From: an uncultured virus (IMG/VR IMGVR_UViG_3300042864_001264)
Lineage: Duplodnaviria > Heunggongvirae > Uroviricota > Caudoviricetes
Strand: one strand, 5' to 3'
Length of the DNA stretch: 53,864 nucleotides
IMG/VR virus record: IMGVR_UViG_3300042864_001264
The notes beneath the pieces were generated by a model. It worked only from the letters and a program-made list of their open reading frames with translations, was not told the DNA's origin and made no database searches. Within the stretch, counting starts at the first letter, position 1. Every line of letters starts with the position of its first letter. The translations under genes and the position numbers were made by a program. Below are positions 29,039 to 37,765 of this stretch, one piece after another.

Positions 29039-30462
29039 TGGTAATACTAGGAATAAATGAAACATCTCATGATGCTTCCGTTTCTTTAATAAAGGATGGA
29101 GAAATACTATTTGCTGCCCACTCTGAAAGATATAGCAAGCAAAAAAATGATTGGTATAACAATGAAGAAATTATTCTAGATGCATTAAATTATGCAACAC
29201 CTACTAATATCGCCTACTATGAAAAGCCATATTTAAAAAAATCCAGATTGATTCTTAGGGGAGGAGCAGGGGATTGGAAGCCAAACTTTCCTATGGACTT
29301 GCCAGTAAAATATTTTAGCCACCACTATTCTCATGCCTGTGCTGGATACTACACTAGTAAGTTTACAGATGCAGCCATAGTGGTCTTAGATGCAATTGGA
29401 GAATATAACACATCAACAATTTGGGTCGGTGAAGGAGAAAAGATTAAATTAAGATTTAAACAAAACTACCCAGTAAGTTTTGGTTTGTTTTATTCAGCGT
29501 TTACTAAATTAATTGGGCTGGTTCCAAATCAAGAAGAGTATATAATGATGGGAATGGCGGCTTATGGAGACTGGAAAAAACATTACCTAAAGGTAAATAG
29601 CTATTTTGATTCAAAGATAAACCAAAAATATAATTTTCACAAGGGGATACATGACTGGGGCTCTATAGAGAATGATCAGGATAGGTTTGATATAGCAGCA
29701 GCTGTTCAACATGTGTATCAAATAAGATTAGCAGAGTTTATGCACATGGCAAAAAAAATAACTGGTAAAAAAAATTTAGTGTTTATGGGAGGCTGTGCTC
29801 TTAATTCTTCTGCAAATACAATTCTATGGAGTATATTCGATGACGTCTGGATTATGCCTAACCCAGGGGATGCTGGAAGTTCACTTGGAGCTGCTGCAGC
29901 ATTATATGGGAAGCACATTGATTGGAAAACTCCTTATTTAGGACACGACCTGGGTGGAGAATACCCAATACAGAAAATTGTAGATGGAATACTTAAAGAT
30001 GGAATAGTGGCAGTAGCATCAGGCAGAGCAGAATATGGCCCAAGGGCCCTAGGAAACAGAAGTATTCTTGCAGACCCTAGAGATCCTTCTATAAAAGATA
30101 AAGTAAATTTAATTAAACAGAGAGAGCTATTTAGGCCATTTGCACCAGTAGTTCTTGAAGATCATGCCCATAAGTGGTTTGACATGGACTTTAAGAGTCC
30201 TTATATGCAGTACACAGTTAAATGCCTGCAGCCAGACAAGATACCTTCGGTAGTTCATGAGGACGGCACCTCTAGAGTTCAGACAGTAAATAAGGAACAG
30301 CACTATGGGCTATATAGGGTATTAAATAAGTTCTATCTAAAAACAGGAGTGCCAGTATTATTAAATACCAGCTTAAATATTAAGGGGCAGCCCCTATTGA
30401 ATGATCAAGATGATGTAAGGAAATGGGAACTAGAGTATAACTTTAGTATATTAAATGGATAA
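29038..30462 (+). CDS. O-carbamoyltransferase (NodU/CmcH family)
   Basis: HDASV, HHYSHA, GGCALN, PGDAG, EYGPRALGNRS, RELFRPFAP, LLNTSLN. Confidence 0.92.
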   Translation: MVILGINETSHDASVSLIKDGEILFAAHSERYSKQKNDWYNNEEIILDALNYATPTNIAYYEKPYLKKSRLILRGGAGDWKPNFPMDLPVKYFSHHYSHACAGYYTSKFTDAAIVVLDAIGEYNTSTIWVGEGEKIKLRFKQNYPVSFGLFYSAFTKLIGLVPNQEEYIMMGMAAYGDWKKHYLKVNSYFDSKINQKYNFHKGIHDWGSIENDQDRFDIAAAVQHVYQIRLAEFMHMAKKITGKKNLVFMGGCALNSSANTILWSIFDDVWIMPNPGDAGSSLGAAAALYGKHIDWKTPYLGHDLGGEYPIQKIVDGILKDGIVAVASGRAEYGPRALGNRSILADPRDPSIKDKVNLIKQRELFRPFAPVVLEDHAHKWFDMDFKSPYMQYTVKCLQPDKIPSVVHEDGTSRVQTVNKEQHYGLYRVLNKFYLKTGVPVLLNTSLNIKGQPLLNDQDDVRKWELEYNFSILNG

Positions 30463-31063
30463 CCGTAAAACAATTACTATAAATTCACCCCCAGGCTCTG
30501 GTAACATGTTTTGTCAATATCTAATGAGAGAAAATTTTAATATCGTACTTAGATGGGTAGATCACCAGCCAGATAGTTTTGATCCTAATGGTATAAATAT
30601 ATGTTTATTAAGAAATCCATATGCAGCAATTGCTTCTGGAATTGAGGTTAACTTTACTCACATGAACGAGGATGAGCAAAAAATATTTTTAAAGCATTTG
30701 GATGCTGCTATTTATAATTCAATGCTTCGTCACACAAATCAATATAATTTATTTTTAAATAAATCACAAAGCCTTGATTATGTAACTCCAGTAGGTTTTA
30801 ATTTGTTGACACAAGAACCAGATTTATTTTTAAATAAAGTTTCTAAAAAATTTGACATTAGCTTTAAAGAAAACAGAGTCAGTCCAGAACAAGTTAAAGA
30901 AAAAATGAGGTCTATTAAAGATTTAAAGTATAGACTGCCTAGAGAATACTCTTTTGTTCGCAAAGAGATAGACTTGGCCGTGTATAAATACAATCCTATA
31001 AAAATTTGTTATGAAAACTATATTGAGTACAAGAGAAGTATAGATTTTAAAATTGATATATAG
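30455..31063 (+). CDS. Sulfotransferase-like P-loop protein
   Basis: SPPGSGN (5'-PSB-like) and LLRNPYAAIAS (R-x7-S, 3'-PB-like). Confidence 0.5.
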   Translation: MDNRKTITINSPPGSGNMFCQYLMRENFNIVLRWVDHQPDSFDPNGINICLLRNPYAAIASGIEVNFTHMNEDEQKIFLKHLDAAIYNSMLRHTNQYNLFLNKSQSLDYVTPVGFNLLTQEPDLFLNKVSKKFDISFKENRVSPEQVKEKMRSIKDLKYRLPREYSFVRKEIDLAVYKYNPIKICYENYIEYKRSIDFKIDI

Positions 31064-31069
31064 CTTCTA

Positions 31070-31099
31070 TTGACATTTCGTAGGTGCATAAAGTATACT
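31070..31099 (+). promoter_or_regulatory. Promoter of the tRNA cluster
   Basis: TTGACA-18-TATACT, 9 nt before the first tRNA. Confidence 0.7.
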
Positions 31100-31108
31100 T
31101 TACTTAAG

Positions 31109-31182
31109 GTGCCAGTAGCTTAGTTGGTTAAAGCCCCGAACTCATAATTCGGTAATCGTAGGTTCAAGTCCTACCTGGCACA
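31109..31182 (+). tRNA. tRNA with CAT anticodon (elongator Met or Ile2)
   Basis: Cloverleaf with GTGCCAG/CTGGCAC acceptor stem, CCGAA-CTCATAA-TTCGG, GTTCAAG. Confidence 0.88.
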
Positions 31183-31183
31183 C

Positions 31184-31255
31184 ACCTCTGTAGCTCAGCG
31201 GAAGAGCAACAGACTTCTAATCTGTTGGTCGCTGGTTCGATTCCAGCCAGGGGTG
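31184..31255 (+). tRNA. tRNA-Arg(TCT)
   Basis: ACAGA-CTTCTAA-TCTGT, GGTTCGATT. Confidence 0.92.
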
Positions 31256-31276
31256 CGTATAATAAATAAAAATAGA

Positions 31277-31347
31277 TTTGGGTTCGTCTAATGGTCGGAC
31301 ACTCGCCTCCGAAGCGATAAACGCAGGTCCGATTCCTGCACCCAAAG
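31277..31347 (+). tRNA. tRNA-Arg(CCG), atypical
   Basis: TTTGGGT/ACCCAAA acceptor stem, TCGC-CTCCGAA-GCGA, T-loop TCCGATT. Confidence 0.7.
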
Positions 31348-31351
31348 TTTT

Positions 31352-31424
31352 GCCCGTATAGCCCAGTGGTAGAGGCAGTAGACTTAAAATTTACACAGCG
31401 TTGGTTCGAATCCAACTACGGGTA
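31352..31424 (+). tRNA. tRNA-Leu(TAA), short variable arm
   Basis: GTAGA-CTTAAAA-TTTAC, GGTTCGAAT. Confidence 0.88.
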
Positions 31425-31425
31425 C

Positions 31426-31498
31426 GTTCCTATAGCTCAGTTGGTAGAGCAGCAGACTTTTAATCTGCGGGTCGATGGTTCGAGCCCATCTGGGGACA
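31426..31498 (+). tRNA. tRNA-Lys(TTT)
   Basis: GCAGA-CTTTTAA-TCTGC. Confidence 0.92.
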
Positions 31499-31502
31499 CT
31501 AG

Positions 31503-31575
31503 TGGGGATTAGCTCAGCTGGCAGAGCGGGAAACTGTTAATTTCTAGGTCGCAGGTTCGAGCCCTGCATCCCCAG
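31503..31575 (+). tRNA. tRNA-Asn(GTT)
   Basis: GGAAA-CTGTTAA-TTTCT. Confidence 0.9.
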
Positions 31576-31599
31576 CAAAAAGAAAGGTATAATTATATA

Positions 31600-32553
31600 A
31601 TGAGTAATAAAATTTTAGTAGCCATAATAAGTGCTAATGAAAAAGATCTAAAGCAAACAGTTCAGAGTGCTATAGAAAATTCTGATAGCCCAGACAACCT
31701 TTCTTTTGTTATATTTGATTCACGACTAAATAACTTCCCCAAAGCTGACTTTGAAAATTTTAAAAATGTTTTTTATATGAATATGGAATTTAGTGGTACT
31801 CAAGGGGTTGGATTGGCTAGACTTATTGCTTCGTCTATAGTTATGCCAGACACAGATTATGTTTTACAGTTAGATTCTCATATGATATTTGTTAAAAGCT
31901 GGGATTCTGAATTAATAAAAAGATTTACTAAACTTGAATCATTGGTAGATAAGCCAGTCATAAGCTCAAGAGCACCAGCATGGTACTACGATAAAGATGG
32001 CGAAATTGTATACTCCAGCACCTCAAATCTTGTGCAAAAGTTAATATTCAAAGAGCCAAAAGTTTCTTCATTTCAAGATGGATACCCTACAATAGAGGGA
32101 GTTCCTTATTCTAGCGAAGATTACATAGAGCATAATTTAATATCTGCTCAGTTTACATTTAGCAGGCCAGATCTTTATTCGGAAATTTTACATGACCCTA
32201 GGATTGTTTGGGGTGGCGATGAGCCAATATATTCTCTACGTGCATGGTCTAGAGGATATCGAATGTTTTCTATTAATGCAGACATATGCTTTCATTACAA
32301 CAAGCAAACAACAAAAGGCGCATTTGAAAAAGATAACAAAGACGACTGGAGAAGCTTAAAGAATAATGACCCTAGGCTTTTCCCATTCTATATGAAAAGA
32401 TACAATGACGGAAAAAGAATTATGAGAGAGATTTTGCTGGGTGAATATATAGGGTATTGGGGAGCACCCTCATTAGAAAAATTAAAAGAGTTTGAGATAG
32501 CATGCGGTATTAATTTTAAAGACTTCTATGATATTGTAGACAAAAATGCCTAA
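31600..32553 (+). CDS. Glycosyltransferase, Skp1-hydroxyproline GlcNAc-transferase-like (second copy)
   Basis: GVGLAR, YVLQLDSHMIF, WGGDEP..SLRAWSRGY, FHYN. Confidence 0.78.
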   Translation: MSNKILVAIISANEKDLKQTVQSAIENSDSPDNLSFVIFDSRLNNFPKADFENFKNVFYMNMEFSGTQGVGLARLIASSIVMPDTDYVLQLDSHMIFVKSWDSELIKRFTKLESLVDKPVISSRAPAWYYDKDGEIVYSSTSNLVQKLIFKEPKVSSFQDGYPTIEGVPYSSEDYIEHNLISAQFTFSRPDLYSEILHDPRIVWGGDEPIYSLRAWSRGYRMFSINADICFHYNKQTTKGAFEKDNKDDWRSLKNNDPRLFPFYMKRYNDGKRIMREILLGEYIGYWGAPSLEKLKEFEIACGINFKDFYDIVDKNA

Positions 32554-33568
32554 AAACCCTCAAGAAGAATTTATTGATTTATTTCACACAGATCAAGAAA
32601 AGTTTTTAAATTTTAGAAAGACTTTGCAGGCCAGATCATTTCTGCTAGGAAATAATAAAAATTTAAACAAAATCTCTGAAATATATGCTAATAGCAATGT
32701 TATTCCTGAAGACATTAAAGATGTTGAGTTTGAGGGAAGATATTCTTTATGCAAACAAAATATAACGGGAGAAAAAAATGTAGTAGAGGGTCCAGATTTT
32801 TTATATAAATTAAATCAAGATGGGTTCAGAAGCACAGACTTTTTAGAATTTGATAAAAATAAAAATAATATTCTGTTTGCTGGATGCTCAATAACTTTTG
32901 GGCAAGGTTTGCCAGAAGATCTGGTGTGGCCACAAGTTCTGATGAGTAGTTTAGTCTCTCAAAACCCTGAAGAAGATTTTGCTTCATATAATATAGGCAT
33001 ACCTGGAGTAGGAATATTTGCAATATATAAAAATATATTGGCATTTATTGAGTCAGTGGGTATTCCAAACAAAATTTTTGTTTTATTCCCAAATATCTCA
33101 CGAGGATTTATTTATTCAGATGAAAGATCTGATTTTATTCATTCAGATATGCATAGCAATAAAGATTTAGATTCCAATGACTATAAGTATATTAAAGGCT
33201 ACCAGCATATGGAGCAACTTCTTACTGTAGTAACATTGATAAACTCACTAGAGTATCTATGCCAGTCACTTAATATTGAACTAATGTGGTCAACGTGGGA
33301 GTTTGATGGAAATGCTTTATTTAATGAATTAAATTTTAAAAATTTTGTTACTTTTAAAGAAGATCCGTGGGAAAAGTATGTCAGCCCTTTTCAGTTTAAT
33401 AAAAATAGGGCCAATCGTGAAGCAATATTTAAAAAATATAACAAAAGATCTTTGCCCTACTGGACTAGCGCTAGAGATGGACACCCTGGCGCATGCTTTA
33501 TGCAAAACGTAGCAAATAACTTTTTAAAGGAGATAAGCAATGAAGATATTAATATTTATAAAAAATAA
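32546..33568 (+). CDS. SGNH-like protein (GCS variant), paralog of 28150
   Basis: NQDGFR, LFAGCSITFG, YNIGIPG, SARDGHPG. Confidence 0.6.
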   Translation: MPKNPQEEFIDLFHTDQEKFLNFRKTLQARSFLLGNNKNLNKISEIYANSNVIPEDIKDVEFEGRYSLCKQNITGEKNVVEGPDFLYKLNQDGFRSTDFLEFDKNKNNILFAGCSITFGQGLPEDLVWPQVLMSSLVSQNPEEDFASYNIGIPGVGIFAIYKNILAFIESVGIPNKIFVLFPNISRGFIYSDERSDFIHSDMHSNKDLDSNDYKYIKGYQHMEQLLTVVTLINSLEYLCQSLNIELMWSTWEFDGNALFNELNFKNFVTFKEDPWEKYVSPFQFNKNRANREAIFKKYNKRSLPYWTSARDGHPGACFMQNVANNFLKEISNEDINIYKK

Positions 33569-33623
33569 GCTTTTTAAGCCAAAAAAACCAAAGCATTCAA
33601 AAGGATATGACTATACATACTAA
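33540..33623 (+). CDS. Basic micro-peptide (27 aa)
   Basis: AAGGAG SD; MKILIFIKNKLFKPKKPKHSKGYDYTY. Confidence 0.5.
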   Translation: MKILIFIKNKLFKPKKPKHSKGYDYTY

Positions 33624-33632
33624 CAATTTTAG

Positions 33633-33661
33633 TTGACTAGTAAAACTAGGATTGGTATAAT
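33633..33661 (+). promoter_or_regulatory. Promoter of hsp20
   Basis: TTGACT-17-TATAAT with a TG extension. Confidence 0.7.
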
Positions 33662-33665
33662 AAGA

Positions 33666-33720
33666 TAGTACCTGCCAAATGGGGGTACTAATTTAACTCG
33701 CTTAAAAGGAGCACACAATG
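33666..33720 (+). promoter_or_regulatory. ROSE-like RNA thermometer candidate in the hsp20 leader
   Basis: 5' hairpin TAGTACC...GGTACTA, then CUCGCU able to pair with the SD AGGAG with a bulged G. Confidence 0.5.
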
Positions 33721-34134
33721 GTAACACAATTTGCTATGGATCTTTTCAAGGATCCATTTTTTATTGGTTTCAACCGAGAGTTGGAACGATTTAACAGTCT
33801 AAGTAAGGTAAACAATACGGCGTTCCCGCCTTATGATTTGCTAAAGTTAGATGAAGACAACTATCAGCTTTCGCTGGCAGTAGCTGGATTCACCAAGGAA
33901 GATTTAACTGTATCAATCGAAGACGGAAGCCTTTGGATCACAGGTGAAATTACATCAGCAACAGATGGAGAAGTTGTCCATAAAGGAATTGCTGCACGTA
34001 AGTTCACAAGAATCTTTGAGCTAAGTGAATATATGGAAGTCTCAAGCGTAGAGCTAAAGGACGGCATGTTAAATATCCGTGTAGTTAGAAATCTGCCAAA
34101 AGAGAAGCAGCCTAAGATCTTAAAGATCAAATAA
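33718..34134 (+). CDS. Small heat shock protein Hsp20 (IbpA-like)
   Basis: FPPYD, AVAGF, HKGIAARKF, LKDGML. Confidence 0.92.
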   Translation: MVTQFAMDLFKDPFFIGFNRELERFNSLSKVNNTAFPPYDLLKLDEDNYQLSLAVAGFTKEDLTVSIEDGSLWITGEITSATDGEVVHKGIAARKFTRIFELSEYMEVSSVELKDGMLNIRVVRNLPKEKQPKILKIK

Positions 34135-34140
34135 TATTGA

Positions 34141-34167
34141 GACCTGAGCATGTCCATAAACTGCTCA
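34141..34167 (+). other. Possible compact H-type pseudoknot between hsp20 and the nuclease gene
   Basis: GAC/GTC stem crossed with TGAGCA/TGCTCA stem, A-rich linker. Confidence 0.35.
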
Positions 34168-34185
34168 TTAATTTAAAGGAGAATC

Positions 34186-34593
34186 ATGTTTGAGTATTAT
34201 GTTAAGAAGGTTACAAAGGTTGTGGACGGAGATACAATTGATGTAGACATTGATCTCGGATTTGATATATCATTTAGCTCAAGAGTAAGACTTGCTGGTA
34301 TAGATACACCAGAGAGCAGAACAACAAATAAGATGGAAAAGGCATTAGGCTTAGAGGCAAAAGCTTATCTAAAGCATGAAATAGATGCAGCTAAATCTGT
34401 AGTAATTAAAACAGAGAAGATGGACAGCTCTGAAAAGTATGGAAGAATTTTAGGGTGGGTATTCTTGGATGGATCAGATGTATCTTTAAATGAAAAGATG
34501 ATTCAAGACGGACATGCGTGGGGATACATGGGAGAAACAAAGATTAAAGACTTTGATGCATTGGCAAAGGCCAGGAAGAAGAGCGGTAAGTAA
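34186..34593 (+). CDS. Thermonuclease (SNase-like)
   Basis: VVDGDTI, VRLAGIDTPE, KYGRILG. Confidence 0.88.
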   Translation: MFEYYVKKVTKVVDGDTIDVDIDLGFDISFSSRVRLAGIDTPESRTTNKMEKALGLEAKAYLKHEIDAAKSVVIKTEKMDSSEKYGRILGWVFLDGSDVSLNEKMIQDGHAWGYMGETKIKDFDALAKARKKSGK

Positions 34594-34781
34594 TGCCAGT
34601 ATACGAATATAAATGCTCATATGACGAAGCACATGCTTTAATGTCAGTGAACAGATCAATTACAGAAAACGACCCTGGGTATACATGTGTTGAATGTGAA
34701 TCGGAAATGATTAGACACTTCACTCCATTCGGAATACAATTTAAAGGTAATGGCTTTTATAAAACAGATAATCCTAAATAG
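34593..34781 (+). CDS. FmdB-family zinc ribbon protein
   Basis: MPVYEYKC...CVEC...FKGNGFYKTD. Confidence 0.8.
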   Translation: MPVYEYKCSYDEAHALMSVNRSITENDPGYTCVECESEMIRHFTPFGIQFKGNGFYKTDNPK

Positions 34782-34833
34782 TTAAAGTGGTATAATTAAC
34801 TAAGTAAACAAATTGTTTGTTTAGGAGTTATAG

Positions 34834-36936
34834 TTGACTAGGACTAAAGCATGGAGATTATCATTAGCAGCAATTTTAGGCTTTGGCTGGCTATTCATGA
34901 CGCCTGCTTACAGCGATGATCCGCTAACTATAGCACAAGAAAGAATTTCTAAATTAAACGAAGATATAAATAATTTATCAGACAAAGAGTATACACAAGA
35001 ATTAATATCAGTAGCTGAAGACAAATACGAGGATGCTGTAGATGCAAAAAATAATAAAACTTCATCAGAAGAGGCATATGATGGAGCAGTAGAAACAGAA
35101 GCAGAGTCATTATCTAACCTCAATACAAAAATATCAAACCTTTCCTCAGCCCAGTCCTCAGTAGATGGACAAACAGCCACAGTTGCTTTAGCTTTAACAC
35201 ACAAAGATGATGCTCAAGAAGCATTGTCCATAGCCAACCTTAATCTTCAAACCACAGAGTCTAATATGCAGGCTGCTGGAGGAGAAGGGTTAGCATATAC
35301 TGTTTATCATTTAACAAGAACATTTAACAACGTAGCAGTACCAAGTGGAGTTATTTGTTCTGGTACCTGGAACTCAAACCATATGTCCCTGCCAGTTTGT
35401 GGTAATAGATATGAAAACTTTATAGTTAAATTTACTGGACAGATAACAGTACCAGATCATTGGACATCAACCTTCTTTGCAGGATATACAGACGATGGGT
35501 TTAGAATGTTTGTTGACGGACAACTTGCATCTAATCAATGGGTAGAGCAGGGAGCACGGTGGAGCCCATATACTCCAGTCTATGATGTTAGTGAAGATAA
35601 AACATTAGATGTAGAAATTTGGTGGTACAACGGTGGAGGTCCAGGGTCTTACCATCTTGGATGGGCTATTCCTGGAGGATGGACTGGGGCAGGCTGTGAT
35701 TACACTGGTGGTTGGGGAGTAGACTTTAGTTGTAATCTTGGAACATTTTCTTCTGGCCCAGGCGCAACACAAGAGCAGATAAATGATTATAACCAAGCCC
35801 TTGCAGCAAGAACATCTGCCTTGGCAGTTTATAACGATAAGTTATCTATTTACAATCAAGAGGTTGCAACACTGAATGAGTTACAAGATGATTTAGAGCA
35901 AGCGCAGGATCAAAAAGATCAAGCAGAAACCACATATGAAATTGCAGAACTAAACACTGCTCTAACATTAGCAGCAAAAGATTTAGCAATTGAAAACTAC
36001 AACAATGCAATTGAAGATATGAATGATGCTATTACTGCTGCTGAAGAAGAGTATGCTGCTCAATGGGACTTTGAAGAGAAGCAGAGAATTAATGCTGCTA
36101 TTGCTACTGCCCTTGCGAATATGCCACAGCCAGAACCAACACCAGAGGTTACAGTTGAACCTACCCCAGAACCTTCTCCAGAACCATCAACAGAGCCAAC
36201 TGAAGAGCCTACTGAAGAACCTACGCCAGAGCCTTCTCCAGAGCCTACAGAAGGGCCTACAGAAGATCCTAAGCCAGAACCAACTGATGAGCCTACCCCA
36301 GAACCAGAACCAACAGATGAGCCAGTCGTAGACCCAACAGAAGAGCCAACTCCTGAACCACAACCAGAACCAACCCCAGAACCAGAACCAACAGATGAGC
36401 CTGAAATAGAAGATGAAGAGTTGGCTGAACTCATTCCTGAAAAGGGAACTGGAACTGCAGAAGACTTGTCTGGAGTTATTGCTAACCTAACAAGTAAGGA
36501 CAATAAGTTAGTTACACTTTCTCCTGAACAAGTAGCAGCAGTTAGCCAAACTCTTAAGTCTTTGACACAAGAAGCAAAGGTGGAAATTGCTGGAGATCTT
36601 GGTATTAAGGCATCAGAGGTTGCACAGATTGCCGAGCAGATGAAGGACAACCCAGCGCTTGCTTCAGCATTTGTTGAGTTTTCAGAAAGATCAGAGGCGG
36701 CAGGAGATACCCCAATGCCGTTTACATTAGCAGACGCAGTAACAGAGGTACAGACAGAGGAATTTCTAGCAGACCCCCTTGGAGTATTGCTAGACATAGA
36801 TTTTTCTAAAGTCCTGAACCCTTCCGAATGGGGTAAGGACATGACGGACGATCAAAGAGAAAAGGCACAGGAGGTTGTGGTGCCAGTAATTATCGCATCA
36901 AATATTATTGCAGCAGCAATGACTAGGAGGATATAA
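34834..36936 (+). CDS. Exported protein: signal peptide, coiled coil, PA14-like domain, Pro/Glu/Thr repeats, C-terminal hydrophobic segment
   Basis: N-terminal signal; FTGQI...TDDGFRMFVDG...WYNGGGPG (PA14-like); EPTPEP repeats. Confidence 0.7.
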   Translation: MTRTKAWRLSLAAILGFGWLFMTPAYSDDPLTIAQERISKLNEDINNLSDKEYTQELISVAEDKYEDAVDAKNNKTSSEEAYDGAVETEAESLSNLNTKISNLSSAQSSVDGQTATVALALTHKDDAQEALSIANLNLQTTESNMQAAGGEGLAYTVYHLTRTFNNVAVPSGVICSGTWNSNHMSLPVCGNRYENFIVKFTGQITVPDHWTSTFFAGYTDDGFRMFVDGQLASNQWVEQGARWSPYTPVYDVSEDKTLDVEIWWYNGGGPGSYHLGWAIPGGWTGAGCDYTGGWGVDFSCNLGTFSSGPGATQEQINDYNQALAARTSALAVYNDKLSIYNQEVATLNELQDDLEQAQDQKDQAETTYEIAELNTALTLAAKDLAIENYNNAIEDMNDAITAAEEEYAAQWDFEEKQRINAAIATALANMPQPEPTPEVTVEPTPEPSPEPSTEPTEEPTEEPTPEPSPEPTEGPTEDPKPEPTDEPTPEPEPTDEPVVDPTEEPTPEPQPEPTPEPEPTDEPEIEDEELAELIPEKGTGTAEDLSGVIANLTSKDNKLVTLSPEQVAAVSQTLKSLTQEAKVEIAGDLGIKASEVAQIAEQMKDNPALASAFVEFSERSEAAGDTPMPFTLADAVTEVQTEEFLADPLGVLLDIDFSKVLNPSEWGKDMTDDQREKAQEVVVPVIIASNIIAAAMTRRI
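36124..36405 (+). repeat. Coding low-complexity repeat (PEPT/EPTEE)
   Basis: Repeated CCAGAACCAAC / GAGCCTAC units. Confidence 0.85.
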
Positions 36937-37130
36937 TGAAAATAATCAAAGCCATATTTAAATATATTTGGGAAGTTATAAAAGAGAGCATAGCTCAGGT
37001 ATTTACCCTTTTGGGGTTCTTTATTGCCTGGCTGACACTTACTGGGTCAGCCCAGCAAGTGGTCGGGGTAGCTACAGTAATTGCTACAGCTATCTGGTTA
37101 CTTACAATACCACTTCGAAAAGAAGAGTAA
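36936..37130 (+). CDS. Small 2-TM membrane protein
   Basis: Two hydrophobic segments. Confidence 0.65.
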   Translation: MKIIKAIFKYIWEVIKESIAQVFTLLGFFIAWLTLTGSAQQVVGVATVIATAIWLLTIPLRKEE

Positions 37131-37147
37131 TAGTGTATAATTGTACT

Positions 37148-37363
37148 ATGAGGAAAATAATTTCTATTGCCGTAGCTGGCCTATTAATGGTATCATTAAC
37201 TGCATGCGATTCTTTAAATAGGTATCGCTATCCTTGCCAAGACCCTAAGAATTGGGAAACTGCAGAATGTACTCCTCCAGAATGTGAAGCCTCACAGACT
37301 TGCACAAAAGATGTAATAAAAGTTACACCTACTACACCAGAACAGGAAATAACAAATGGCTAA
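37148..37363 (+). CDS. Small Cys-rich lipoprotein
   Basis: Leaderless start (TATAAT-6-ATG); MRKIISIAVAGLLMVSLTA-C lipobox. Confidence 0.65.
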   Translation: MRKIISIAVAGLLMVSLTACDSLNRYRYPCQDPKNWETAECTPPECEASQTCTKDVIKVTPTTPEQEITNG

Positions 37364-37763
37364 ACAAAAACTAACGCCTGCCGACTTAGATGCCCGCTTG
37401 AAGTTTATTCTAGGAATAACACTTGGTAGCATTCTTTTTATGACAGCGCTTGGAATTATTTATGGCTTGCTTTTTGTAACACAGCCAATCGGAGCTCAGT
37501 CAGAAAATGACAAAATGTTCTTCAATGTGCTAGGCAGCATTGCAACATTTATTACAGGAACACTTGCTGGAATATTGATTGGCAACTCTGGAGCCAAAGA
37601 CATCATGGCAGCCCAGATAGCAAATAAAGAAGTAGATGCAAAGAATACACAGGCAGATAAAAAGCTCGAAGCAGAAATTGATGCTACTGCAGCACGACTA
37701 GCAGCAAAGCCAGATGGGGCAATGCCAGAAGAGCAACCAGTAGATTTAGATTGGGACAAATAA
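37356..37763 (+). CDS. 2-TM membrane protein, holin candidate
   Basis: Two TM helices; immediately upstream of the endolysin. Confidence 0.55.
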   Translation: MAKQKLTPADLDARLKFILGITLGSILFMTALGIIYGLLFVTQPIGAQSENDKMFFNVLGSIATFITGTLAGILIGNSGAKDIMAAQIANKEVDAKNTQADKKLEAEIDATAARLAAKPDGAMPEEQPVDLDWDK

Positions 37764-37765
37764 AA

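Noticed and set aside
31164..31415. - strand 83-aa ORF
   Set aside because: Lies antisense to the tRNA genes.
36060..36842. 260-aa - strand Gly/Ser-rich ORF
   Set aside because: Antisense shadow of the PEPT repeat region.
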